Origin: a virus
Lineage: Duplodnaviria > Caudoviricetes
Direction: 5' to 3' (one strand)
DNA: 64,000 nucleotides
Virus record (IMG/VR): IMGVR_UViG_3300028380_000482
Span: 32,001 to 96,000 of that record
Position numbers and translations under genes: made by a program
Shown here: piece after piece, positions 9,605 to 17,997 of the stretch
Position numbering within the stretch: position 1 is the stretch's first letter
Layout of the letters: each line of letters starts with the position of its first letter
Notes under the pieces: generated by a model
What the model saw: the letters and a program-made list of their open reading frames with translations, nothing else
Database searches by the model: none
Told to the model about the DNA's origin: nothing

Positions 9605-9633
9605 TTGACATTAGGTTCAACCTGATGTATATA
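9605..9633 (+). promoter_or_regulatory. Sigma70 promoter with overlapping imperfect palindrome
   Basis: TTGACA-17-TATATA; overlaps ACATTAGGTTCAACCTGATGT, 14 bp of which recur at 14017-14030. Confidence 0.7.
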
Positions 9634-9640
9634 TAGAAAC

Positions 9641-9919
9641 ATGAACACCGAAGAACTGAAGAAGATTGAAAAAGAGGGCATCGTTCCTGACCGCGCACCG
9701 CAAGAAGGGGACTGCGTTTTTACCCCTCGGTATGTACAGATTTTTGGAGTTCACAAAGCGCGCAAGCAGTATTCCTGCGATAACGGGCGGTGTACGACCG
9801 TTATTGAGAAGGGGCAGCTACATGCTTCGTCGCCGGTCAGTCGGGATCACTACTGTTTGAACTGCGCGACGTTTGAGAATGGGACCCCAGCCGGGCGGGC
9901 GCGAGAATGGGCGAAGTGA
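9641..9919 (+). CDS. Zn-ribbon hypothetical protein, possibly leaderless
   Basis: KARKQYSCDNGRC...HYCLNC; ATG lies just after the -10 box. Confidence 0.6.
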   Translation: MNTEELKKIEKEGIVPDRAPQEGDCVFTPRYVQIFGVHKARKQYSCDNGRCTTVIEKGQLHASSPVSRDHYCLNCATFENGTPAGRAREWAK

Positions 9920-10114
9920 TGGCCCCACCCCACGGCGTCACTTGCCTGCATGGGTCCGGCGTTCACCCCCTAGTTGGTGGCTCGCCCCCTCCGTTGTCGG
10001 GTGCTCACACTCTCTCTCTTAATAAGAGGATGACGAAGGCAAGTAAAAACAGGTTGTGAGAGGGAAGGACGAGGGGGGAAACGGGCAGCGGGATGGAAAG
10101 CATGGGCGGGCGCA

Positions 10115-10130
10115 TGTTTTACGTGGAACA
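10115..10130. promoter_or_regulatory. Chromosomal-type parS-like site
   Basis: TGTTTTACGTGGAACA, one mismatch to TGTTTCACGTGGAACA; intergenic. Confidence 0.5.
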
Positions 10131-10163
10131 CTATTGACATATTCCCCTTTCTATTGCTATACT
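10131..10163 (+). promoter_or_regulatory. Sigma70 promoter of the HTH gene
   Basis: TTGACA-18-TATACT with extended TG; near-duplicate at 10426-10457. Confidence 0.75.
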
Positions 10164-10176
10164 CCAATACTATAAA

Positions 10177-10398
10177 ATGAAATATCTCACAGTCAAAATA
10201 GCGGCGCAGCAGTTAGGGATCTCTACCAAGCGGGTTTCCAAGCTCTGTAACGAAGGAACAATCAAAGCCGAACGTGCAGGCGCACGAGTGTACATTATCG
10301 ATCCAGACTCACTTGCTCAGTACAAACACAGCGAATCCCGCAAACATACACCACACACCTTCTCTGGTGGCCGTCCACCGGCCACGAAAAAAAAATAA
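10177..10398 (+). CDS. Excisionase/MerR-like HTH DNA-binding protein
   Basis: YLTVKIAAQQLGISTKRVSKLCNEGTIKAERAG and a C-terminal GGRP. Confidence 0.85.
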   Translation: MKYLTVKIAAQQLGISTKRVSKLCNEGTIKAERAGARVYIIDPDSLAQYKHSESRKHTPHTFSGGRPPATKKK

Positions 10399-10425
10399 GA
10401 AATATTTTCATTTGCTCTCTTTTAT

Positions 10426-10457
10426 CTATTGACATATGCGCCTTCTATTGCTATAAG
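10426..10457 (+). promoter_or_regulatory. Sigma70 promoter of the helicase operon
   Basis: TTGACA-17-TATAAG within CTATTGACATAT...TTCTATTGCTATA. Confidence 0.7.
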
Positions 10458-10497
10458 TAAATACATGAGAGCGAACCAAGGAAAGGAAGAAAAGAAC

Positions 10498-11952
10498 ATG
10501 GAAGATCAGGCAACCGCAACGGGGTTTCAGAGTATGCTCACCACGATCTGTTTGACGCCAGAACAGCGCCAATCGGACTATGACCGCTTTCTGTTGAAGA
10601 AGGCGCAAGACACGAGCATGACGGGTTTTGAACCCACGTTCATGCCAGACTTTCTGTTTGACTTTCAGCGAGCATTGGTCGCATGGGCGGTGAATAAAGG
10701 CAGAGCAGCGTTATACGTCGATACGGGTTTGGGCAAGACGATCATGCAACTAGTATGGGCGCAGAATGTCATTGAACGAACGAACAAGCCCGTATTGATC
10801 TTGACCCCTTTGGCGGTTTCATTTCAGACGGTGACAGAGGCGGAGAAGTTTGGCATTGACGCGCAGCGGTCACGCGCTGGCAAATGGACCGGGACACGAG
10901 TGATTGTCACGAACTACGAGCAGTTGCATTTCTACAAGCCGGAAGATTTTGGCGGCGTGGTGTGTGATGAATCTGGCTGTATCAAAGCCTTTTCTAGTGT
11001 GACTCGCAAATCAGTGACCGAGTTCATGAAGAAGATTTCCTATCGATTGCTGTGTACGGCTACCCCTTCTCCAAACGATTATATCGAGCTTGGCACCTCC
11101 AGTGAGGCACTCGGAGAACTCGGTTACATCGATATGCTTAACCGCTTCTTCAAGAACGATTTGAACAATTCTAGCCAGGGGCGTTTTCATGGGCAGCAGG
11201 TCAAGTGGCGGTTCAAAGGGCATGCGCAGCTTCCCTTTTGGCGGTGGGTGTGTTCGTGGGCACGAGCGGTACGCAAACCCTCCGACCTCGGGTTTGACGA
11301 TAGTCGATTCACCCTCCCGCCATTGATTGAGAACGAGCACAAGGTGGTCAGCCGCAAAGCACCAGATGGGATGCTGTTTACCCTGCCAGCGGTGGGGTTG
11401 AAGGAGGAGCGGGAGGAACGGCGGCGGACGATTGAAGAGCGGTGCGAATTGGCTGCGGCACTGGTCAACAAGACTGGCAAACCTGCGATTACGTGGTGCC
11501 AATTGAATGACGAAGGCGATCTCCTGAAGGGGTTGATACCGGATAGTGAGCAAGTGAGCGGAGCGGATGAAGATGAGGAGAAGGAAGCGAAACTCATGCG
11601 GTTCATTACAGGGGAAACGCGGGTGCTCGTCACGAAGCCTGTTTTGTTTGGGTGGGGCTTAAATCTGCAGCACTGCAATCACATGACTGTCTTCCCCTCG
11701 CATAGCTACGAGCAACTTTATCAAGCTATCAGAAGGTGCCACCGCTTTGGTCAAACACAGTCAGTGACCGTAGATATGATTACGACCGAGGGAGAGCAAC
11801 GGGTGATGACAAACGTACAGCGGAAGTCAAAGCAGGCCGATGCAATGTTCGCTACGCTCGTGGCGGAGATGAACGCAGCGGCTCCAGTAGCACGAAGCTA
11901 TCACGCGACGCGAGATATTACGGTGCCGACATGGCTATTAGGAAATGGATAA
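10498..11952 (+). CDS. SNF2-like superfamily 2 helicase (phage type)
   Basis: DTGLGKT, VVCDES, TATPSPND, GWGLNLQ and QAIRRCHRFGQ motifs. The ORF-track start at 10429 falls in the promoter. Confidence 0.9.
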   Translation: MEDQATATGFQSMLTTICLTPEQRQSDYDRFLLKKAQDTSMTGFEPTFMPDFLFDFQRALVAWAVNKGRAALYVDTGLGKTIMQLVWAQNVIERTNKPVLILTPLAVSFQTVTEAEKFGIDAQRSRAGKWTGTRVIVTNYEQLHFYKPEDFGGVVCDESGCIKAFSSVTRKSVTEFMKKISYRLLCTATPSPNDYIELGTSSEALGELGYIDMLNRFFKNDLNNSSQGRFHGQQVKWRFKGHAQLPFWRWVCSWARAVRKPSDLGFDDSRFTLPPLIENEHKVVSRKAPDGMLFTLPAVGLKEEREERRRTIEERCELAAALVNKTGKPAITWCQLNDEGDLLKGLIPDSEQVSGADEDEEKEAKLMRFITGETRVLVTKPVLFGWGLNLQHCNHMTVFPSHSYEQLYQAIRRCHRFGQTQSVTVDMITTEGEQRVMTNVQRKSKQADAMFATLVAEMNAAAPVARSYHATRDITVPTWLLGNG

Positions 11953-11958
11953 TTAACT

Positions 11959-12798
11959 ATGGATGTTCAAGGGCAGTGCGAATTTTGTCATCAACCAGTA
12001 AAGAGGAAGCAACAATCGGTATCGGCGAATGTACGAATGCATTTCTGTAACAACCAGTGCAAGGGCGAATACCAACGGCTAGCCAAACCTGTCACGAAAG
12101 AATGGCTTGAGCAGAAATATCTCGTAGAGAAATTAGACACGAGTATCATTGGAAGGCTCGTCTCTCGCGACCCTAAATCAGTATGGAATTGGTTAAAAGA
12201 TTTTCACATTCCCACGAGAGGGCGAGGTGGGCACAACAAAAGAGTTGGCGGGCCTAAATGGGTGCCGTGTCATATTGAAGTCATGCGACCTGCTCAAATT
12301 GATCTTGAGCGATGGTACCGAGAAGAATGGCAAAGTCTTGCTACCATCGCAGAAAGATTACAAGTCGGAGAAACTACGGTAGGTCGATGGTTAAATCATT
12401 ATCAAATCCCCTTACGTTCAATAAAGGAGTATCGCGCACGAGATGGCCGTGTTCCCTATCTTAAAAATGGTGTTCATCATTTGAAGGGGAAGCGCGGGGT
12501 TGAAACTCCCAATTGGAAAGGCGGCATTACACCGGAGCGGCAAGCCTTCTATCGATCCGAAGAATGGAGAATGGCGTGTATTACGGTGTGGAGAAGAGCA
12601 AAAGCGTATTGCGAACGGTGTGGAGAGAAGCAACGTAAGAAAGATCGCGGCACTTATCATATTCACCACGTCATTTCATTCAAGGTTCGGGAGTTGCGAG
12701 GAGTGCCAACAAACTTACTCCTCCTCTGTAGCCCCTGTCATCGATTCGTTCATAGCAAAGTAAATGTTCATAAAGAATATCTAGGAGAAGTATCATGA
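11959..12798 (+). CDS. HNH homing endonuclease
   Basis: N-terminal Zn finger, two HTH-like repeats, NWKGG, CERC...HIHH...NLLLLCSPCH; more AT-rich than neighbours. Confidence 0.85.
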   Translation: MDVQGQCEFCHQPVKRKQQSVSANVRMHFCNNQCKGEYQRLAKPVTKEWLEQKYLVEKLDTSIIGRLVSRDPKSVWNWLKDFHIPTRGRGGHNKRVGGPKWVPCHIEVMRPAQIDLERWYREEWQSLATIAERLQVGETTVGRWLNHYQIPLRSIKEYRARDGRVPYLKNGVHHLKGKRGVETPNWKGGITPERQAFYRSEEWRMACITVWRRAKAYCERCGEKQRKKDRGTYHIHHVISFKVRELRGVPTNLLLLCSPCHRFVHSKVNVHKEYLGEVS

Positions 12799-13778
12799 AA
12801 ACGAACACTCAAGTTATCACTGATAGTTATGCTCTGTACAATAACGATTGCTTAGAGATTCTACCTACATTACCTAGTAAAAGCGTGGGCTTATCGGTGT
12901 ACTCACCTCCATTCGCGACATCCTCGGGGGCGTTATACACATATTCATCCTCAGACCGGGACCTGTCTAACAGTAAGGATTACGGTCAGTTTTTCGACCA
13001 CTACCGTTTCCTCGTGAAAGAGATAGCGCGGGTAACAATGCCGGGAAGAGCAAGTGCGGTTCATTGTATTGACATTCCCTCTGGCAATAGTGGGACGGAT
13101 TATTTGATCGATTTTCCCGGCGATATTATCCGCCTGCATCAAGAGGAGGGGTGGAAATACGTTGCGCGTTATTCGATCTGGAAAGAGCCCCTTGCCGTCA
13201 GAAATCGCACGATGGCGAAGAATCTGGCACACAAAACCATTGTGGATGATTCCTCGCGATGCAGTGCAGCAGGGGCAGACTATCTGTTAGTGTTTCGGCG
13301 GGAGGGGGAGAACACGATCCCGATTGCGCACCCCAACGGATTGTTGACCTATGCCGGATCACGGCAGATGCCCGCCGATGTATTGCGCTATCGTGGCTGG
13401 ACCGGCAACCAGATTGAGAACAAGTTCTCACATTGGATTTGGCGACAATACGCCAGCGCCTTTTGGGATGACGTGCGGATCGAACGCGTACTCCCCTACA
13501 AAGAATCACGGGAGGAAGAAGACGAAAAGCACGTCCATCCGTTACAACTCGATGTGATCGAGCGGGCGTTGGTCTTGTGGAGCAATCCTGGGGAAACCGT
13601 CTTAAGTCCCTTTGCCGGGGTTGGAAGTGAAATTTTTGGAGCGGTCCAGAACGGACGGAAGGGCATCGGCATTGAACTCAAGCACAGTTATTTTCGCCAG
13701 ATGGTGAAGAACCTCGCTTCTGTTCAGACCTCGCAGCACGAGCAAGGCTCACTCCTGTTCAAAGAGAGCGTCGCGTGA
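12795..13778 (+). CDS. DNA methyltransferase (N4C/N6A, beta class)
   Basis: Motif IV SPPF precedes motif I SPFAGVGS; KHVHPLQLDVIER. Confidence 0.9.
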   Translation: MKTNTQVITDSYALYNNDCLEILPTLPSKSVGLSVYSPPFATSSGALYTYSSSDRDLSNSKDYGQFFDHYRFLVKEIARVTMPGRASAVHCIDIPSGNSGTDYLIDFPGDIIRLHQEEGWKYVARYSIWKEPLAVRNRTMAKNLAHKTIVDDSSRCSAAGADYLLVFRREGENTIPIAHPNGLLTYAGSRQMPADVLRYRGWTGNQIENKFSHWIWRQYASAFWDDVRIERVLPYKESREEEDEKHVHPLQLDVIERALVLWSNPGETVLSPFAGVGSEIFGAVQNGRKGIGIELKHSYFRQMVKNLASVQTSQHEQGSLLFKESVA

Positions 13779-14017
13779 ATGTCGATACTGATTCTCGGGG
13801 CCGCCGCTTCGATACCCGCCTCCGGCGGTCCCTGGCGGGAAAGAGACGCACGCTGTTGACGACACTCAGAGCAATGCATGAGGCCGGGATTGCAGATGAG
13901 GATATTCTCGCGTTGCTCGCACGGTTCGGGGCACGACCGGAGATGCTCACCTACCGACTAGCGGTCATTTTGTTAGACACCTGGGGAAAGTTTGTCAAAG
14001 ACGGAAGGGGCTATTAA
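13775..14017 (+). CDS. Hypothetical protein
   Basis: GTGA overlap with the methyltransferase. Confidence 0.5.
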   Translation: MNVDTDSRGRRFDTRLRRSLAGKRRTLLTTLRAMHEAGIADEDILALLARFGARPEMLTYRLAVILLDTWGKFVKDGRGY

Positions 14018-14042
14018 CATTAGGTTCAACTTATTGTAGTAT
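14014..14042 (+). promoter_or_regulatory. Sigma70-like promoter sharing the ACATTAGGTTCAAC box
   Basis: TTAACA-17-TAGTAT. Confidence 0.6.
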
Positions 14043-14076
14043 ATAAGAAGATCACACAAGAGAGGAGAGAACAAAG

Positions 14077-14319
14077 ATGCAATATTTACCCTCAGGCAAA
14101 GTGTCGGTGTTCATCAACGGGAAGTGGTCAGCGCCGATGACGGTGGAGGAGGGACAGGCGGTGGAGAACGCGGCGCGCTACGGGGCGGACTGGCGTGAGC
14201 AGCTCACAAGGCGGATCGAGGAGGCGGCAGGGGATGGGTGGAGTTGGTGGGAGGAGTTGGACGAAGCGGGGCGGCGGATGCTGGTCCGGGGGCTGTGGCG
14301 GCGGCGGTGGGCGGTGTGA
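14077..14319 (+). CDS. Hypothetical protein
   Basis: GAGGAG RBS downstream of the promoter. Confidence 0.6.
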   Translation: MQYLPSGKVSVFINGKWSAPMTVEEGQAVENAARYGADWREQLTRRIEEAAGDGWSWWEELDEAGRRMLVRGLWRRRWAV

Positions 14320-14320
14320 T

Positions 14321-14350
14321 TTGACTTCAGGTACAACTTTTTGCTACTAT
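14321..14350 (+). promoter_or_regulatory. Sigma70-like promoter with CAGGTACAA box
   Basis: TTGACT-18-TACTAT with extended TG; the same box occurs in the promoter at 17680-17708. Confidence 0.55.
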
Positions 14351-14509
14351 AGAAAAAGTAACAGAGAGTGAAGGGAGGACAGCCTATGCAACACAACTGA
14401 GGTGGTGTGGAGTAGGGGATGGGATTCGGTAGGGGCTCTGAGCAAGTCCCTACCGATATGGGCAAAAACACTACACACAGAGCACTATACCTGCCCTGTG
14501 TCTAACCGC

Positions 14510-14677
14510 AACCCTATCAACGGGTGCAAGCACCCCGACAGAGGGTGCAAGCACCCCGACAGAGGGTGCAAGCACCCCGACAGAGGGTGCAAGCACCCCG
14601 ACAGAGGGTGCAAGCACCCCGACAGAGGGTGCAAGCACCCCGACAGAGGGTGCAAGCACCCCGACAGAGGGTGCAAG
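14510..14677. repeat. Tandem array of a 21-bp palindromic unit (7 perfect copies plus 1 degenerate)
   Basis: CACCCCGACAGAGGGTGCAAG starts at 14531, 14552, 14573, 14594, 14615, 14636 and 14657; a degenerate copy starts at 14510. Confidence 0.97.
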
Positions 14678-14691
14678 GAGCTACGTCAGGT

Positions 14692-15096
14692 ATGCGATCG
14701 TTTATTGTTCGTTCTGCTTTGGCATTGGTCACTATTCTCAGTCTTAATCTTACCGTTACGTCGGGCGTTGAAGCCAAGGGCTGTCCTAATTGGTTTGCAC
14801 CCACCTCGACCCAGTGGGCCACGTGGCGGCCTGAGCTTGGGCTGGTCAATTTCTGGATTGATGTCATCGATCGGGACCAACCAAATACCTCCGCACCGCT
14901 GCGAATCTACGTGAATGGGCAGCACTACACCGACATTCCAAGCAGGCCGGGGGTCGATCTCAACGTCAACGTGCAGCCGAACACGGGTCTGGTTGAGTTC
15001 TATTATTTGGACCTCAATCAGTGCGTGGCGGTCCCGAACCCATTGCCGCCAATTTCTAGTTTACAGTGGAAGCGGATGTTCGCGTATTGGTTCTAA
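14692..15096 (+). CDS. Secreted hypothetical protein
   Basis: ATG 14692 after GGAG; signal peptide MRSFIVRSALALVTILSLNLTVTSGVEA. Confidence 0.65.
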   Translation: MRSFIVRSALALVTILSLNLTVTSGVEAKGCPNWFAPTSTQWATWRPELGLVNFWIDVIDRDQPNTSAPLRIYVNGQHYTDIPSRPGVDLNVNVQPNTGLVEFYYLDLNQCVAVPNPLPPISSLQWKRMFAYWF

Positions 15097-15242
15097 CATG
15101 CTGTTCGCTACGCTCATTCTTTTTACCCTGACGATGGTGTGTGTTGATGTCCTGACCGCGTACATCGCACGGCACCGCTCATAGTCACACAAATAACAAA
15201 CGGCCCCAAATACTGGGGCCTCTCGACAATAGGAGAAGCACA

Positions 15243-15836
15243 TTGAAAGCATTTATCTATACGTCAGCAATTGCTCTTACGCTCTTCACCGGGTCTGCCT
15301 TCGGTCAGACCTACAATCCCACTAAAAGCGACGAGGCTACGCGCAATACGGCCTCGGGTACATTCGCAGTGCCGAACAACAGCGGCAAGGACAACACCGG
15401 AATCGGCCACCGCACAATGCCAGTCCTGACTACAGGTATCCGTGATACGGCGACGGGAAGTGGGGCAGGGGCGGGGCTCACTACGGGACAAGAAAACAGC
15501 TTGTACGGCTATCGGGCGGGAACCTCGCTCAAGTTCGGGTCGGCCAATACGATGATGGGCGCCGACGCGGGCTGGAGGATGACCAACGGCACCAGCAATA
15601 CTATTCTCGGTTACTCCGCCTGTAATATGCTGACGACTGGAGCGAACAACACCTGCATCGGCGCGGGGGCGGGGGCAGCGGTCACCGGGATCGGCAATGT
15701 GATCATCGAGCATCCCGGGAAGGTGGGTGAGTCCTACGGTGTTCACATTGGCAGTGCAGCCCACACCAAAGTGACGGTCGGGGCGTACGATTTGGCAGAC
15801 TTCGATGCACGCTTAAAGGCGTGCGAAGCGAAGTAA
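15243..15836 (+). CDS. Secreted Gly/Asn-rich beta-solenoid protein (trimeric adhesin/fibre-like)
   Basis: Signal peptide, NTxxG 14-residue repeats, C-terminal coiled coil, AGGAG RBS. Confidence 0.75.
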   Translation: MKAFIYTSAIALTLFTGSAFGQTYNPTKSDEATRNTASGTFAVPNNSGKDNTGIGHRTMPVLTTGIRDTATGSGAGAGLTTGQENSLYGYRAGTSLKFGSANTMMGADAGWRMTNGTSNTILGYSACNMLTTGANNTCIGAGAGAAVTGIGNVIIEHPGKVGESYGVHIGSAAHTKVTVGAYDLADFDARLKACEAK

Positions 15837-15906
15837 TTTCACACTGTAACCCCCCTACAAAGGGGGCTAGCAAGGGGCCTCGCGGCCCCTGAAAGAAGAA
15901 CGAATC

Positions 15907-16728
15907 ATGAAAGCATTTACGTCCTCCGTCCTTGCACTCACGTTGTGTAGCCTCACGAATCTTGCTCTGGCGCAGACGAGTGCGCAGCTTGCAACCCCAA
16001 CCTATAATCCCACCGCCAGTAGCATGAATAATAACACCGCAGGCGGGACCGGAGCCGTACCGGCAAATAAAGGGGGGAACAATACCGCCTTCGGACGAAA
16101 TGCGTTAGCCGTGACGACCGGTAATGGCAATGTGGGGATGGGAGTTGGCGCGTTACAAGCCTTGACGACGGGCAAGTGGAACACAGCCATCGGAACGAGC
16201 GCGGGCCGGATCATGACCACCCCTGCCGAAAATACCGTGGTCGGATTTCACGCGGGCTATTTTACCACCGAAGGGGTCGGAAATACTTTTGTCGGATCAC
16301 AAGCAGGCTTTGCCAATGCGACCGGCCTGAATAACACGTATCTCGGGGCGGGCGCGGGCAGCGGCTCGCGAGGAGATCGCAACGTCTTCCTCGGGGTCGC
16401 AGCGGGCAACAGTAATCTCTCCGGGTCGGGGAATATCTATATTAACCATGTCGGAGGAGAGCAAGCGGAATCGAACACCATGCGTTTAGGACAGCCCGAT
16501 GGGATTTTTGAGACCTATATTGCTGGGATTTGGGGCACGTCGGTGTTGGGTGCCCTCCCCGTCGTGATCAATGCCGAAGGGCAACTCGGCGTGGCGATGC
16601 CATCGCTGAACGAGCAGGCCGAAGGGGCCACGGTCGATCCACAAACCGCCGCGCTGATTGCGACCCTCATGCAGCGCATTGACCAGTTGGAAGCGCGGGT
16701 GGCGGAACTGGAAGCAGCGGGACAGTAA
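15907..16728 (+). CDS. Secreted Gly/Asn-rich beta-solenoid protein, paralog of 15243-15836
   Basis: Signal peptide, shared TYNPTxS...NTAxGTxAVP, NTxxG repeats, LMQRIDQLEARVAELE coiled coil. Confidence 0.8.
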   Translation: MKAFTSSVLALTLCSLTNLALAQTSAQLATPTYNPTASSMNNNTAGGTGAVPANKGGNNTAFGRNALAVTTGNGNVGMGVGALQALTTGKWNTAIGTSAGRIMTTPAENTVVGFHAGYFTTEGVGNTFVGSQAGFANATGLNNTYLGAGAGSGSRGDRNVFLGVAAGNSNLSGSGNIYINHVGGEQAESNTMRLGQPDGIFETYIAGIWGTSVLGALPVVINAEGQLGVAMPSLNEQAEGATVDPQTAALIATLMQRIDQLEARVAELEAAGQ

Positions 16729-16830
16729 GCAATGGTTACAAACTATGAGCCGAGTGTCAGCCCGATTCATAGCCAACCAATAGACCACCACAAGAACCTC
16801 CACTAAAGGGGCGAACGAAAAGGAACAAAT

Positions 16831-17433
16831 ATGTCATACGAGAATTTCAGAACTGAGGCAATTATTGCAAATTGGCGAGTCGGAACCGATAAGACGACGG
16901 CGCGCTTTACGGTCGAGCATCACAACAAGTTTGGTCAGCGGGTGGTCCGCACGGTGAAACATCCGTTTCGGGATGAGTGGCTCAAGCCAAGCGTAACGCG
17001 CTGGTGTACGCAAGCTGCCGTTGCTGACGATGAGAGCGGTGCACTCGTTGTGGTACTCATGCACGAAGAATGTTTGGTCGTGGTTCTCAATGCCCGCGAT
17101 TTTACGAAACAACTTTTTTGTTTTTATCCGAGCGATGAAGGAACAGGCTCCCTCATGTGCCAATTGCAAGATTTAGCCGATCAAACTCCGCGTGCTGAGA
17201 CCCGGACGATTGCCATTGAGACGCCCCTAGATGTGACCTTGCGCGCGGCTATTCATCGGCACTTGCGCCGCATTGCCGACATGCCGGGAGGCACGACGGG
17301 CGCATTAGCGAAACAGACAATCACGATCTTTTCACCGAAGGATTCACAGGCCGTGGAGACGGAGACGGCCCATACGTTAGCAGACCTGCTCCAGTCCGCC
17401 AGTGGTCGTGAATTTCAGTATTCAGTACGATAA
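16831..17433 (+). CDS. Hypothetical protein
   Basis: AAGGA RBS; 200 aa. Confidence 0.65.
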   Translation: MSYENFRTEAIIANWRVGTDKTTARFTVEHHNKFGQRVVRTVKHPFRDEWLKPSVTRWCTQAAVADDESGALVVVLMHEECLVVVLNARDFTKQLFCFYPSDEGTGSLMCQLQDLADQTPRAETRTIAIETPLDVTLRAAIHRHLRRIADMPGGTTGALAKQTITIFSPKDSQAVETETAHTLADLLQSASGREFQYSVR

Positions 17434-17679
17434 ACTAATCAGACTGTTTCTCTGTTCCATAAGGGCTTTCTCTGACTCTATTGACTGCGTTGATAACATT
17501 CAGTGAAGTCGTGAGAGTGTCTGACCGAGTACAAGCGGTCGAGCGGCAGAGAAACCACAGGCCGGGGCGCCGCATCACCCTTCGCGGCACCGATCATAAA
17601 GTCAGCCCCGGCTTTGTGACCTTCCCCCATAACAAGACCTTTTTTCTTTACAGCAGGTACATTTTTATTATCTCCCCTC

Positions 17680-17708
17680 TTGTCAACAGGTACAATTTAA
17701 TGTATTAT
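17680..17708 (+). promoter_or_regulatory. Sigma70-like promoter with CAGGTACA boxes
   Basis: TTGTCA-17-TATTAT; CAGGTACA at 17654 and 17687. Confidence 0.6.
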
Positions 17709-17733
17709 TAGCCAAAGGAAGGAAGATCACAGC

Positions 17734-17997
17734 ATGTGCGTCTGTACGGTCGATGTTCTGTGTGAAGAAGCGAAAGAAGATTGGATTGCGTTGAACGAAT
17801 ACCGGGAAACGCCACAGAAGCAGCGCATATTGAATAACCGATGGTATGAGGAAACAAAAGCGGCGTTCGTTAAACATCGGACCTTTGCCCTACACATCAA
17901 GCAGAGGACCGGCGGGAGCACAGGCTACGCGTATTACCCCGACTGGCGCGAGCGATTGAAACCAGACTGGAAACCAACAAAGGAGCAGAAATCATGA
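17734..17997 (+). CDS. Hypothetical protein
   Basis: AGGAAGG RBS; ATGA overlap with the next gene. Confidence 0.55.
   Translation: MCVCTVDVLCEEAKEDWIALNEYRETPQKQRILNNRWYEETKAAFVKHRTFALHIKQRTGGSTGYAYYPDWRERLKPDWKPTKEQKS

Noticed and set aside
14510-14677. CRISPR array
   Set aside because: Units are identical 21-mers with no unique spacers, and no cas genes are present.
14402-14914. Heptapeptide-repeat ORFs (GCKHPDR, VQAPRQR and others) across the array
   Set aside because: A stop-free 21-bp unit opens all six frames; the credible gene starts at 14692 after the array.
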